From: Oscillochloridaceae bacterium umkhey_bin13
GTDB taxonomy: Bacteria; Chloroflexota; Chloroflexia; Chloroflexales; Chloroflexaceae
Direction of reading: 5' to 3'
NCBI GenBank assembly: GCA_048381555.1
Contig: JBLWKA010000033.1
Coordinates: 1-41,216, forward strand
Length of the DNA stretch: 41,216 bases
Shown: positions 33,367 through 41,216 of the stretch, piece after piece
How the letters are laid out: each line of letters starts with the position of its first letter
Numbering within the stretch: position 1 is the stretch's first letter
Program-made: the position numbers and the translations under genes
The notes under the pieces: model-generated
Database searches by the model: none
The model's input: only the letters and a program-made list of their open reading frames with translations
Told to the model about the DNA's origin: nothing

Positions 33367-34604
33367 CAGGCAAACATCCTCCGTGCTTTCTCGAGTCCAT
33401 GGGCCAGGCGGTCAACCTCTTCGGCCAGATTGTAGATATAGAAACTCGCCCGGGTTGTGGCAGGAATATCAAAGAAGCGGTGCAAGGGTTGGGTGCAGTG
33501 GTGACCGGCCCGCACGGCCACGCCTTCGCCATCCAGAATGGCAGCAATATCGTGGGGATGCACCCCGTCCAGCGTAAAGCTGATCGCGCCGCCCCGATCT
33601 TCGGCGCTGTGCGGCCCGTAGATCGTCAGGCCGTCAACCTGACTGAGCCGTTCGAGCCCATAGGTCAGCAGTTCGTGTTCGTATTGCTGGATCGCGGCCA
33701 TGCCAATCCCACTCAGAAAATCGCAGGCCTCTCCGAGCGCAATCGCCTCGCCAATCGCTGGCGTACCGGCCTCGAAGCGTGAAGGCACATCGGCATAGGT
33801 ACTCTGCTCAAGCTCGACCAGTTTGATCATCGAGCCACCCCCCAAAAACGGCGGCATGGCTTCGAGCAGATCACGTCGCGCCCAGAGTACACCGATCCCA
33901 GTGGGCGCACACATCTTGTGGCCGCTAAAGGCCAGAAAGTCGCAACCCAGTTCTTGCACATTCACGGGCATATGGGGCACGCTCTGCGCCCCGTCAACCA
34001 GCAGTTTGGCCCCGACGGCGTGGGCACGCTTGGCCAGGAACGCGATCGGGTTGATCGTGCCAAGCACATTCGACTGATGGGTCACGGCCACCAGTTTGGT
34101 CTGCTCGGTCAACTTCTGGTCAAGCTCTTCGAGGATCAGACGGCCTTCGCCATCAATCCCCAGGTAGTCGAGCTCGGCCCCGGTGCGCTGGGCCAACATC
34201 TGCCAGGGCACAATATTGGCATGGTGCTCCATCAGGGTCAACAGAATACGGTCGCCAGGGCCAAGGTTGGTTCCACCCCAGCTATGGGCCACCAGATTGA
34301 TCGCCTCGGTGGTATTGCGCACAAAGATCACTTCGCGCTGGCTGCGTGCCCCGATCAGGCGTGCGACCTTGCCCCGCGCCCGTTCATAGGCAAAGGTCGC
34401 CTCTTCACTGAGCTTATAGACGCCACGGTGGACATTGGCGTTATAGCGCCGATAGTAGTCTTCGAGGCAGTCAATCACAACCCGCGGCTTCTGCGACGAA
34501 GCCCCGCTGTCCAGAAAGGCCAAGCGGTGCCCGTTGACCTCCTGTTGCAGGATCGGGAACTCGCGCCGGATCGCCAGCACATCAAATTGGGTCAGCGTTG
34601 CCAT
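33366..34604 (-). CDS. sufS: Cysteine desulfurase SufS (group II)
   Basis: PLP lysine (SGHKM) and catalytic Cys loop (HHCTQPL); 412 aa. Confidence 0.9.
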   Translation of the reverse strand: MATLTQFDVLAIRREFPILQQEVNGHRLAFLDSGASSQKPRVVIDCLEDYYRRYNANVHRGVYKLSEEATFAYERARGKVARLIGARSQREVIFVRNTTEAINLVAHSWGGTNLGPGDRILLTLMEHHANIVPWQMLAQRTGAELDYLGIDGEGRLILEELDQKLTEQTKLVAVTHQSNVLGTINPIAFLAKRAHAVGAKLLVDGAQSVPHMPVNVQELGCDFLAFSGHKMCAPTGIGVLWARRDLLEAMPPFLGGGSMIKLVELEQSTYADVPSRFEAGTPAIGEAIALGEACDFLSGIGMAAIQQYEHELLTYGLERLSQVDGLTIYGPHSAEDRGGAISFTLDGVHPHDIAAILDGEGVAVRAGHHCTQPLHRFFDIPATTRASFYIYNLAEEVDRLAHGLEKARRMFA

Positions 34605-34625
34605 ACGATCAACCTGAGTCTAGGA

Positions 34626-34960
34626 AAATAGAAAATAGCACTGCCGCATTGTCACCCCAAAGCCTCCATTGTCACCCCGAGGATCCTATGGCCCGTCGGC
34701 CAGTGGTGCTGAGAGAAACAGGCTTTGTTTCTTAGGAGCGCTAGCGAGGGGTCTTCCCTGCTGATCAATGAAGATTCCTCACTGCGCCTACGGCTCCGTT
34801 CGGAATGACAATGGAGGCGCACGGTGCTCCATCCGGCACGACCAGACACCTTGTTGCTTAGCAGCATCTAAGCGGCTTGCACCAGAACCCTTTGCTTACC
34901 AACCGGGGTGCGGGGAAACATGGTTTCCCCGGTTCCCCCGAGGGGAAGCTTGAGCGCAAT
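34626..34960. repeat. MITE-like repeat block (family 2 and family 1 units in reverse orientation) inserted between sufS and sufD
   Basis: It contains ATCCTATGGCCCGTCGGCCAGTGGTG (reverse complement of family 2) and a family-1 hairpin. Confidence 0.8.
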
Positions 34961-34963
34961 GCG

Positions 34964-36166
34964 CTAAATCTTCCCCTCGATAATCCCCTCAAGCTCCTCG
35001 CGCAGCGCCTCAACCGGAATGGTAGCGAGGGCCGGGCTGAAGAAGCCCATCACAATCATGCGCTTGGCCTCGTCCTTGCTGATGCCACGGGCCTGCATAT
35101 AAAACAGTTGCTCCTCGTCCACATCACCACTGGTCGAGGCGTGGCCGCCCTTGAGCACACTGTTGGTATCGATCTTGAGGCCCGGGATCGAGTCGTTGCG
35201 GGAACCGGGATTCAGATGCAGCGCATGCTCTTCGAGCCGGGTACTGGTCGCCTGCGACTCATGCTCAATCTTGATCATGCCATCAAAGACCGAGTAGCCA
35301 CTATCGTTGACCACGGTCTTAAACTGCATAAAGCTCTCGCAATGGTAGCCAACGTGGCGCAACCAGGGCGCATTGAGCAGCAGTTGCTTGTGGTTGGCAA
35401 ACGTCGCCCCGAGCCAATTGACCCGCGAGCCATTGCCCTTGAGCGCCGTTTCCGACTCGACATGCTGCACCTGCGCACCGAGCGCAATGCTAGTCCATTC
35501 GAGGTTCGCTTCGCGTTCGAGCACGGCCTTCTGCCCCGCGATGTGGTAGACCTCTGCGCCCCAGCGCTGAATGCTAATGAAGCGCACGCTACTGCCAGGG
35601 CCAGCGAAGACCTCGCTGATCGCGCCAACCAGGGCCGGAGCGGCCTGATCAGCGCTGGTGAACTCTTCGATCAGGGTGACACTCGAACCCTCGTCGGCGA
35701 TCAACAGGGTGCGCGGGAAGGTCGTGCGGCCACCCTCGGGCATGGTGTAGCGCACCCGGATTGGCAACTCGGCCGCCACATTGCGCGGCACATGAATAAA
35801 AGCCCCGTCCTGCCAGAGGGCCGCCCGCAACGCACTGAACTTATGCTCAAGCGGCACGACCGCACTGTCCAGATGGGCCTCGATCACCGCCCCATGGCTC
35901 TGGAGAGCCTCGCGCAGCGGTTTGGCAACTACACCCAGGGCCGTCAGCGCCGGGTCGATCTCTAGCGTCAGGGCCGCCGTCGCGGTCAGATCCAGACTCG
36001 CCGGATCAATGCCACTCAGGTCAGTGCGCCGCCACTCGGGCGGGCCAGCTTGGGCGAAATATTCCCAAGCCGCAACCCGGCGCTCGATTAGCCAAGACGG
36101 CTCATGTGCCGCCTGGGCCCGCTCGGCCAGGGTTGCAGCAGTTAGATCTTTCAAGGTCAAACTCAT
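34964..36166 (-). CDS. sufD: Fe-S cluster assembly protein SufD
   Basis: SufD pattern. The ATG at 36166 (MSLTLKDL) has a ribosome-binding site. The ORF-track TTG at 36217 lies inside the A-rich repeat copy D. Confidence 0.85.
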   Translation of the reverse strand: MSLTLKDLTAATLAERAQAAHEPSWLIERRVAAWEYFAQAGPPEWRRTDLSGIDPASLDLTATAALTLEIDPALTALGVVAKPLREALQSHGAVIEAHLDSAVVPLEHKFSALRAALWQDGAFIHVPRNVAAELPIRVRYTMPEGGRTTFPRTLLIADEGSSVTLIEEFTSADQAAPALVGAISEVFAGPGSSVRFISIQRWGAEVYHIAGQKAVLEREANLEWTSIALGAQVQHVESETALKGNGSRVNWLGATFANHKQLLLNAPWLRHVGYHCESFMQFKTVVNDSGYSVFDGMIKIEHESQATSTRLEEHALHLNPGSRNDSIPGLKIDTNSVLKGGHASTSGDVDEEQLFYMQARGISKDEAKRMIVMGFFSPALATIPVEALREELEGIIEGKI

Positions 36167-36202
36167 AGCCCTCGATCCTTCAATAACGTGGTTACTGCGG
36201 CG

Positions 36203-36234
36203 CAATCCACAATCCAAAAGCTAAAACCCAAAAG
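36203..36234. repeat. Copy D of the A-rich motif (CAATCCACAATCCAAAAGCTAAAACCCAAAAG) in the sufC-sufD intergenic spacer
   Basis: Read directly. Confidence 0.8.
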
Positions 36235-36245
36235 CTACAACCGCC

Positions 36246-37025
36246 CTACGCCGCGCCGGTCAACTCCTCACGCAGCCAGTCGTAGCCCTTTTCTTCGAGA
36301 TTAAGGGCCAGTTCGGGGCCGCCCTCGCGCACAATCCGCCCCTCCATCATGACCGAGACAAACTGCGGCTTGATGTAGTTCAGCAGGCGCTGATAGTGGG
36401 TAATCACCAGCGCACCCATGGTCGGGCCAGCCAGCAGATTCACACCCTCGGCAACGATGCGCAGCGCATCAATATCAAGGCCCGAGTCAGTCTCATCCAT
36501 GACCGCCATGCTCGGCTTGAGCAAGGTCATCTGAAGGATTTCGAGCCGCTTCTTTTCGCCGCCCGAGAAGCCCTCGTTCAGGTAGCGACGCGCAAAGCCC
36601 TCGTCCATCTCGAGGGTCTTCATACCGGCACGCAGCTGCTTGCGGAACTCAGCCATCGGGATGGCGGTCTGCTTCGGATCTTTGCCCTCTTCGGCGCGAT
36701 GGGCGTTCAGTGCGGCGCGCAAGAAGTTGGCAACCGTAACCCCAGGCACCGCGACCGGGTACTGGAAGGCCAGGAACAGCCCGAGCTTGCTGCGCTCATC
36801 GGCGTCCAGTTCGAGGATATTCTGATCCTTGTACCAGATCTCGCCCCCGGTCACCTCATACGAAGGATGGCCAGCAATAATGTTGGCCAGGGTACTCTTG
36901 CCACTGCCATTGGGGCCCATGACTGCATGCACGGTACCACCCTGCACGGTCAGATTGACACCCTTCAAGATCTCTTTGTCACCAATGTTGGCACGCAAAT
37001 CGCGAATCACCAGATCGTGGCTCAT
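36246..37025 (-). CDS. sufC: SufC ABC-type ATPase
   Basis: Walker A (GPNGSGKST), ABC signature (LSGGEKKR) and Walker B/D-loop. Confidence 0.9.
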   Translation of the reverse strand: MSHDLVIRDLRANIGDKEILKGVNLTVQGGTVHAVMGPNGSGKSTLANIIAGHPSYEVTGGEIWYKDQNILELDADERSKLGLFLAFQYPVAVPGVTVANFLRAALNAHRAEEGKDPKQTAIPMAEFRKQLRAGMKTLEMDEGFARRYLNEGFSGGEKKRLEILQMTLLKPSMAVMDETDSGLDIDALRIVAEGVNLLAGPTMGALVITHYQRLLNYIKPQFVSVMMEGRIVREGGPELALNLEEKGYDWLREELTGAA

Positions 37026-37062
37026 GGACTCCTCTTGTGACTTTCAAGCTACCGACTAACGA

Positions 37063-37716
37063 CTACCGTTCGGTCAAGATCAGGGGGATGGCCCCACTGC
37101 GCACCACAAAGCGGCAGGTATGCGCCCCTTCGCGGATGGACGACTCGAGGGCGAGTTTCTCGCCAAGCACATATTCGATCATCTGGCGTTCCATCGAACA
37201 GACCTCGGGATGATCCTGGGCAATCTCGTGAAAGGGGCAGGCGAACAGCCGGATCCCATCACCTGCTTCGGCCACTTCGGCGGGCACGCCGCGCTGTTCG
37301 AGCAGGCGGCGCAACTCGTTCAGGCGGGCCGGCACATCGTCACCGGCCATGCGGTCGGCATACTCATCAGCCAGACGGCGACTGACCCGCTCCAGCAGTT
37401 GATCAACCTTATCTGGCCCTTCGAGCGCAATCAGTTCGCGCAACAGGCCGGTGATCAGGCGATCATACTGCTTCGGGAAGCGACTGCGGGCAGCGTCACT
37501 CAACGCATAGACCATGCGCGGGCGACCCGGACCGTGACGCTCGGTACGCACAGCTACTAGACCCTCGGCCTGCAAATGGATCAGATGCTCGCGGGCCGCA
37601 TTGGCACTGACCCCGAGCAGCGCAGCCAGATCCTTCACCGTCGCCTCGCCTTGGCGCTGAAGGTATTGCAAGATCTGACCCGCCGGGCTGGATGTGGCGT
37701 AACCGATAACCATCAT
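37063..37716 (-). CDS. sufR: SufR-like transcriptional regulator (ArsR/DeoR-type wHTH with a C-terminal Cys-containing sensor domain)
   Basis: N-terminal wHTH, C-terminal Cys residues (CPFHEIAQDHPEVC...C), and a position heading the suf operon. Confidence 0.7.
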   Translation of the reverse strand: MMVIGYATSSPAGQILQYLQRQGEATVKDLAALLGVSANAAREHLIHLQAEGLVAVRTERHGPGRPRMVYALSDAARSRFPKQYDRLITGLLRELIALEGPDKVDQLLERVSRRLADEYADRMAGDDVPARLNELRRLLEQRGVPAEVAEAGDGIRLFACPFHEIAQDHPEVCSMERQMIEYVLGEKLALESSIREGAHTCRFVVRSGAIPLILTER

Positions 37717-37794
37717 AGTTAGTCATCCTGTGAACTACTATGAGTCTACCAGCCCTTCTGGGTTTTGTCAATAAACACAGGAAATACTTGATTT

Positions 37795-37837
37795 ATTCAG
37801 ATGGAGGGTAAGCGTACGCGTTACCCTCCATCTGAAT
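37795..37837. promoter_or_regulatory. Perfect 17/18-bp palindrome around a 9-nt centre (ATTCAGATGGAGGGTAA-GCGTACGCG-TTACCCTCCATCTGAAT), about 80 bp upstream of the sufR start. Candidate SufR operator.
   Basis: Read directly. No U-tract follows on either strand, and there are flanking 18-bp direct repeats (TTTCAGGGGCCGTGCCCC at 37845 and 37911). Confidence 0.5.
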
Positions 37838-37943
37838 AGGGGGATTTCAGGGGCCGTGCCCCCGCGCCCCGCCGCGCTTCCCCGCCGCTAGGCGTACCGT
37901 TGTGAAGGCATTTCGGGGGCCGTGCCCCAGCAGACACGTGCGA

Positions 37944-37975
37944 CAATCCAAAATCCAAAACCTACAACCCAAAAT
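37944..37975. repeat. Copy E of the A-rich motif (CAATCCAAAATCCAAAACCTACAACCCAAAAT) just downstream of the DUF4058 stop, upstream of the suf operon
   Basis: Read directly. Confidence 0.8.
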
Positions 37976-37978
37976 CGT

Positions 37979-38758
37979 TTACCGCAAGCCCGCTTCGCGC
38001 AGCAGCGCATCGGCCCACGCCGCCGTTGCCCCATGCAAGGGTGGCTCAGCGTCATACCGATAATCCACGCGCAGGTCGTAGCTGCTGCGCATATGGAGGT
38101 CATGCAACAATTGATTAAGATCCACGCTTGGTTCGGGATCACCAGGATAGAGCGGGATCGTAAAACTGGGCATCACTTGCTTCAGACCAAAGGGGATCAA
38201 CCAGGCTTTTGGGCGTTGCGCAGCACGGCTAATCAAGATGCGATAGTCACTCATCTGGCGCTGGCGTTGGAACGGCATCGGCTCGCCAGCCCGCAGCAGA
38301 TCAAGCTCGACTAAATGCGTCATCGAAGCAAGAATCACGTTGCGCTTGCGCAGATATTGCTCGCGCCCTTCGCCGGGCCGTTTATTCGTCGGCGAGAGCA
38401 CCTCCAATACTGTGACGACCTCGTGCGATCCAACTAGCCGCACTTCCAAATAGGTTTCACGGATCTGCACCGGCATCGCCAGTTCGATCAGCACGCCGCC
38501 GTCGGATTCGATCATGGCAGCATCGTTTAGATCGTTCGGCGGTGCCGCAAGTGCCCCTACTGCAACATCAGCACGCCCGCCAAAGACCAGATCACCCGGT
38601 TCAACCATATGAATCCGCTCTTCTACCGCGACATAATAGCGTGGGCGCACTTGTGGGGCCAGTGCATCACGAAGCGCAACAATGAGGCTATTATGGACAT
38701 CCGGCCAGAGGGCAGGATGTTCTAGGTAGGGATCCATGCCAGGAAAGGGCGTTGGCAT
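37979..38758 (-). CDS. DUF4058-family protein (function unknown)
   Basis: Characteristic N-terminus MPTPFPGMDPYLEHPALWPDVHNSLI. The family is expanded in cyanobacteria and Chloroflexota. Confidence 0.55.
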   Translation of the reverse strand: MPTPFPGMDPYLEHPALWPDVHNSLIVALRDALAPQVRPRYYVAVEERIHMVEPGDLVFGGRADVAVGALAAPPNDLNDAAMIESDGGVLIELAMPVQIRETYLEVRLVGSHEVVTVLEVLSPTNKRPGEGREQYLRKRNVILASMTHLVELDLLRAGEPMPFQRQRQMSDYRILISRAAQRPKAWLIPFGLKQVMPSFTIPLYPGDPEPSVDLNQLLHDLHMRSSYDLRVDYRYDAEPPLHGATAAWADALLREAGLR

Positions 38759-38853
38759 ACGTCTTCCTCCTTAATGGGTGGCAGGAATATTGTAGCATGC
38801 CGTCTCCGGTGGTGGCATGTGGGTCAGGGCTGATGCAACGTCCATGCCGTGGG

Positions 38854-38923
38854 CGTGAACGCCTCGGCTACGCCAAGCAACGTCCACCTCCGTGGCCTGT
38901 TTAGCCCACGAAGGTGGACGTTG
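38854..38923. repeat. Third copy of the CGTGAACGCCTCGGCTACG 19-mer, followed by an 18-bp hairpin (CAACGTCCACCTCCGTGG..CCACGAAGGTGGACGTTG)
   Basis: Read directly. The 19-mer matches the arms of the inner inverted repeat at 11383 and 11457. Confidence 0.7.
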
Positions 38924-39059
38924 CCAACCGTAGCCCGCGGCTTGACCGCCGGGCCAGCGAACGTTGCAACAGCTCTGGCATGTGGGTGACTGCGCCCCCT
39001 ACACCAACCATGGGCGTAGTCAATGGCATTGCCACCGCCCGCCACCCTGCGCCCAGGTG

Positions 39060-39093
39060 GATCAGCACGGGTGCTTTGGCACCCGTGCTGATC
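39060..39093. terminator. Perfect 15-bp stem with a 4-nt loop (GATCAGCACGGGTGC-TTTG-GCACCCGTGCTGATC), followed on the + strand by CATCTTTTAATCAT
   Basis: It lies 7 nt downstream of the stop of the minus-strand surface-protein gene. The T-run exists only on the + strand. Confidence 0.45.
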
Positions 39094-39099
39094 CATCTT

Positions 39100-40932
39100 T
39101 TAATCATCATCGTCGTCGTCGCCCCGTTCGAGCAGTTCGACCCCGAGCAGGCGCAACTGGATCGCATAGGGTGTCCCCGCAAATTCGGGGAAGGCTTGCA
39201 AACAAACCCGCTCGAAACACTGGGCCAGGTAGCCATCATCATCGGTGAACAGGCCACTGATCGGGTAGCCGAAGATCAACAGGCCCAGCGGGCGCGACCA
39301 GAAGTTCCGGAACGGTGCCCCGATCACGTGACCAGTCGCCGAGGTGTACCAGCGCCGATCATCGTCGTCGAGATCTTCGAAGCGCACCGTCGGCACCGTG
39401 GCATAGCCTAGTTCGGCGGCCAGACGGCCTAGCGTGATCGTGCCGTCGGGCCGCAATTCGAGCCTGGCCCGCTCGAAGTATTGCACGATCGTCCCGTCGG
39501 CTCGTACCCGTGGTTCGCCCAGCGGCAAGCCGAAGATCAACAGCCCGCCGCGCTCAATCCAGATTGGGCGGAAGCGCAGATCGATCCGCTCAACCGGCAG
39601 ACGCTCGACCACAATGATGCGGGGTTGTGGCACGATCACCACTACCGGCACAGCAATGATGATCACAGGCAAAACGACTGCCCGCCGCCCACGGCCATCC
39701 CCAAACAGGATGCGACTGCGCACTTTGAAGTTGATTGAGCGATCATCGTCGTCGTCATCATCGTCGCCGCGCACGCCGTCACGCAAGCGGTACGTAATGC
39801 TGACCACGATATTGTTGCCCCGCTGGATCAGGTTGTACTGGCCTAAGCCAATCACGACCCGCCCTTTGTTGCGCTCGTGGACAAAGCCGATCCCTTCAAT
39901 GAAGCGAATATCTACCAGTTCAAAGCGGTCGTCGTCGTCGTCGTCATCATCGCCCAGATCGATCACCAGCCGCCCATCACGGGCCAGACCACCCTTATTG
40001 CGGATCACGATCTGAATGGTGATGAAGGTGACATTGTTGATCACCTCGACCCGCCGCACAATCTCCTCGCCAACCTCGATCTCGGCGGGCGGCTCCTCGG
40101 GCGGGGCTTCTGGGGTCGTGACCGAACCAGGACAGAAGGCGGCATCAAAGCTCAGTTCCAGATCCGAGCCATTCAGTTTGAGCATCTCGCCCAAGACCAT
40201 GCCCTTGATCTCGATGTCGCTGCCCGACAACTCGACCATGCCGCCCAGTCCACTCACGCTCCCCCTCAATTCCAGGTCGCTTCCCGCCAGTTTGATCACC
40301 GGCTCGCCACTGCCCTGCTTGTTCGAAAGCAAGAGCAACCCATCAGCAAAGGGACGTGCCTCAAGATCCGAACCACTCACGTCAATTGTGCCCTCAGCCA
40401 CAATGGTGAACTCACCCCGGATGTTGCTCGCACTAAGTTTCACGTCACCCGTCACATAGTACAAGCCGCTGAGGGTGGTTGGCTCACTCACCTCGAAATC
40501 ACCGGTGATCGTCCGATAGCGCCCGATCGCCTGGGCGGCCGTCGCAATGATGCCACCGGGCCGGTAATCGGCAATCTGGTAACTGACCGGCGGCAGGCTC
40601 ACGCTCACCCGGGTTGGCCCATCATAACGATTATTGTCCCCGCCATCCTCAAAACGGGTGACATACTCGGCGATACCCGTAATCCGATTGTTCGAACCAC
40701 TAAGGCGCAGGTCGGCATTCGAACGCACCAGACCTTCGATCTCATTATCACTCCCCGAAATCATCATGGTCTCGTCCCGACCGGTGCCATTAGCCCACAG
40801 CGCATAGCCACTCGTACAAACAATTGCAGGACTCTGCGCCATAACCGCCCGTGGCGCGGCCAACAGACCCATCGTCAACATCACGGTCAACATCACACGC
40901 CAGGTTGGATCAAAGAGGTGAGAAATCCGCAT
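39100..40932 (-). CDS. Secreted or cell-surface protein with a signal peptide, SGSD(L/I)E(L/I) beta-strand repeats, four poly-Asp tracts (D8, D8, D4, D6), a hydrophobic segment, and two LGFP-like repeats
   Basis: Signal peptide (MLTVMLTMGLLAAPRAVMA). The repeats are GSDLEARP, GSDLELRG, GSDIEIKG and GSDLELSF. The poly-Asp tracts are GDDDDDDDDR (twice), DLDDDDRR and a C-terminal GDDDDDD. The LGFP-like units are LLIFGLPLGEP..GTIVQYFERARLE and LLIFGYPISG..GYLAQCFERVCLQ. Confidence 0.6.
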   Translation of the reverse strand: MRISHLFDPTWRVMLTVMLTMGLLAAPRAVMAQSPAIVCTSGYALWANGTGRDETMMISGSDNEIEGLVRSNADLRLSGSNNRITGIAEYVTRFEDGGDNNRYDGPTRVSVSLPPVSYQIADYRPGGIIATAAQAIGRYRTITGDFEVSEPTTLSGLYYVTGDVKLSASNIRGEFTIVAEGTIDVSGSDLEARPFADGLLLLSNKQGSGEPVIKLAGSDLELRGSVSGLGGMVELSGSDIEIKGMVLGEMLKLNGSDLELSFDAAFCPGSVTTPEAPPEEPPAEIEVGEEIVRRVEVINNVTFITIQIVIRNKGGLARDGRLVIDLGDDDDDDDDRFELVDIRFIEGIGFVHERNKGRVVIGLGQYNLIQRGNNIVVSITYRLRDGVRGDDDDDDDDRSINFKVRSRILFGDGRGRRAVVLPVIIIAVPVVVIVPQPRIIVVERLPVERIDLRFRPIWIERGGLLIFGLPLGEPRVRADGTIVQYFERARLELRPDGTITLGRLAAELGYATVPTVRFEDLDDDDRRWYTSATGHVIGAPFRNFWSRPLGLLIFGYPISGLFTDDDGYLAQCFERVCLQAFPEFAGTPYAIQLRLLGVELLERGDDDDDD

Positions 40933-41058
40933 GCGGCACCCTTTCTGTGTTCAGACAAAACCCAAGTACCCAGGTCACGCTGAACAGAGCAAGGAATGTG
41001 CCGGAAGATACATCTGATGTTGGGAAACATCTGGCCCGGCAACAACCGGTATGGGAAC

Positions 41059-41109
41059 GTAGGGGCGACCCGCGTGGCTGCCCAGGGCGACCACGCGGGT
41101 CGCCCCTAC
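41059..41109. repeat. Perfect 19-bp hairpin (GTAGGGGCGACCCGCGTGG-loop13-CCACGCGGGTCGCCCCTAC)
   Basis: Read directly. Its arm is identical to the 5' arm of the element at 23564. Confidence 0.85.
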
Positions 41110-41216
41110 GTTCCAACCATCACCGCATGCCCCGCCCATCAGCGCACGCTCGGCCCTCCCGCCAAACCTAATGCACCCGCACCACCACCAGGGTCATATC
41201 ATCGTGGGTGGGGGCA

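Noticed and set aside
36167-36217. ORF-track alternative starts placed inside the A-rich motif (TTG at 36217 for sufD; TTG at about 28424 for mec+)
   Set aside because: Downstream in-frame ATGs with good Shine-Dalgarno sequences (36166 MSLTLKDL; 28346 MTMVHEPSL) fit the protein family N-termini. The TTG starts would translate the AT-rich repeat.
39060-39093. Hairpin downstream of the surface-protein gene as a classical intrinsic terminator
   Set aside because: The T-run (CATCTTTTAAT) is on the + strand only, where no gene ends, and the minus-strand transcript has no U-tract. It is kept as a possible hairpin-only terminator or stabiliser at low confidence.
1-41216. Looked for tRNA, rRNA, tmRNA, RNase P and SRP RNA, riboswitch cores (TPP CTGAGA, SAM and others) and transposase or integrase genes
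   Set aside because: No convincing cloverleaf or conserved ncRNA core sequences were seen in the intergenic regions, and no transposase- or integrase-like ORFs. The many hairpins are better explained as repeat families. Absence cannot be proven without covariance-model searches (Infernal/Rfam, tRNAscan).

Overview
This window is a high-GC (~63-65%) bacterial chromosomal segment of about 40 protein genes on both strands. TTG/GTG starts and 4-nt gene overlaps are frequent, and the sequence is densely seeded with short palindromic and MITE-like repeats. That style is reminiscent of filamentous Chloroflexota, but the taxon cannot be verified from sequence alone. No rRNA, tRNA, CRISPR array or transposase gene was recognised.

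Recognised content, left to right:
- a TlpA/ResA-like thiol-disulfide oxidoreductase with an Lgt-like membrane protein, then microsatellites;
- a two-domain PPK2 polyphosphate kinase and a convergent MFS transporter;
- a cluster of MITE-like repeats;
- an FAD (DAO-family) oxidoreductase followed by a short STAND/AAA-like P-loop NTPase that ends in a 24-bp perfect hairpin and a ~310-bp tandem array of an 80-bp unit;
- an nfeD-flotillin operon;
- a MOSC protein, a DUF360 holin-like protein, DUF1269, a polysaccharide deacetylase, a phosphoribosyltransferase and a DUF45 metallopeptidase;
- a heavily decayed sugar-uptake/GH32 locus (binding protein, two permeases and GH32 all truncated, fused or carrying nonsense codons);
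- a membrane protein with an apparently catalytically dead PP2C domain, paired with a lipoprotein;
- an Rrf2 regulator bracketed by GC-rich repeats;
- an esterase and a DinB-family protein;
- a complete protein-thiocarboxylate (CysO-type) cysteine pathway operon: rhodanese, SufU-like, CysM, JAMM/Mec+, CysO ending GG-SR, MoeZ;
- a Rieske ferredoxin;
- a B. subtilis-order sufR-sufCDSUB operon whose promoter carries a perfect palindrome;
- a DUF4058 protein;
- a secreted poly-aspartate/LGFP-repeat surface protein.

The most unusual signals are these:
- a dispersed 30-60 bp A-rich motif (AATCCAAAATCCAAAAGCTAAAACCCAAAA) found five times, four of them inside the sulfur/Fe-S gene clusters;
- a family of hairpins with conserved GTAGGG...CCCTAC ends;
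- repeat insertions sitting inside operons.

Coordinates of non-coding features are hand-counted and may be off by 1-2 nt.
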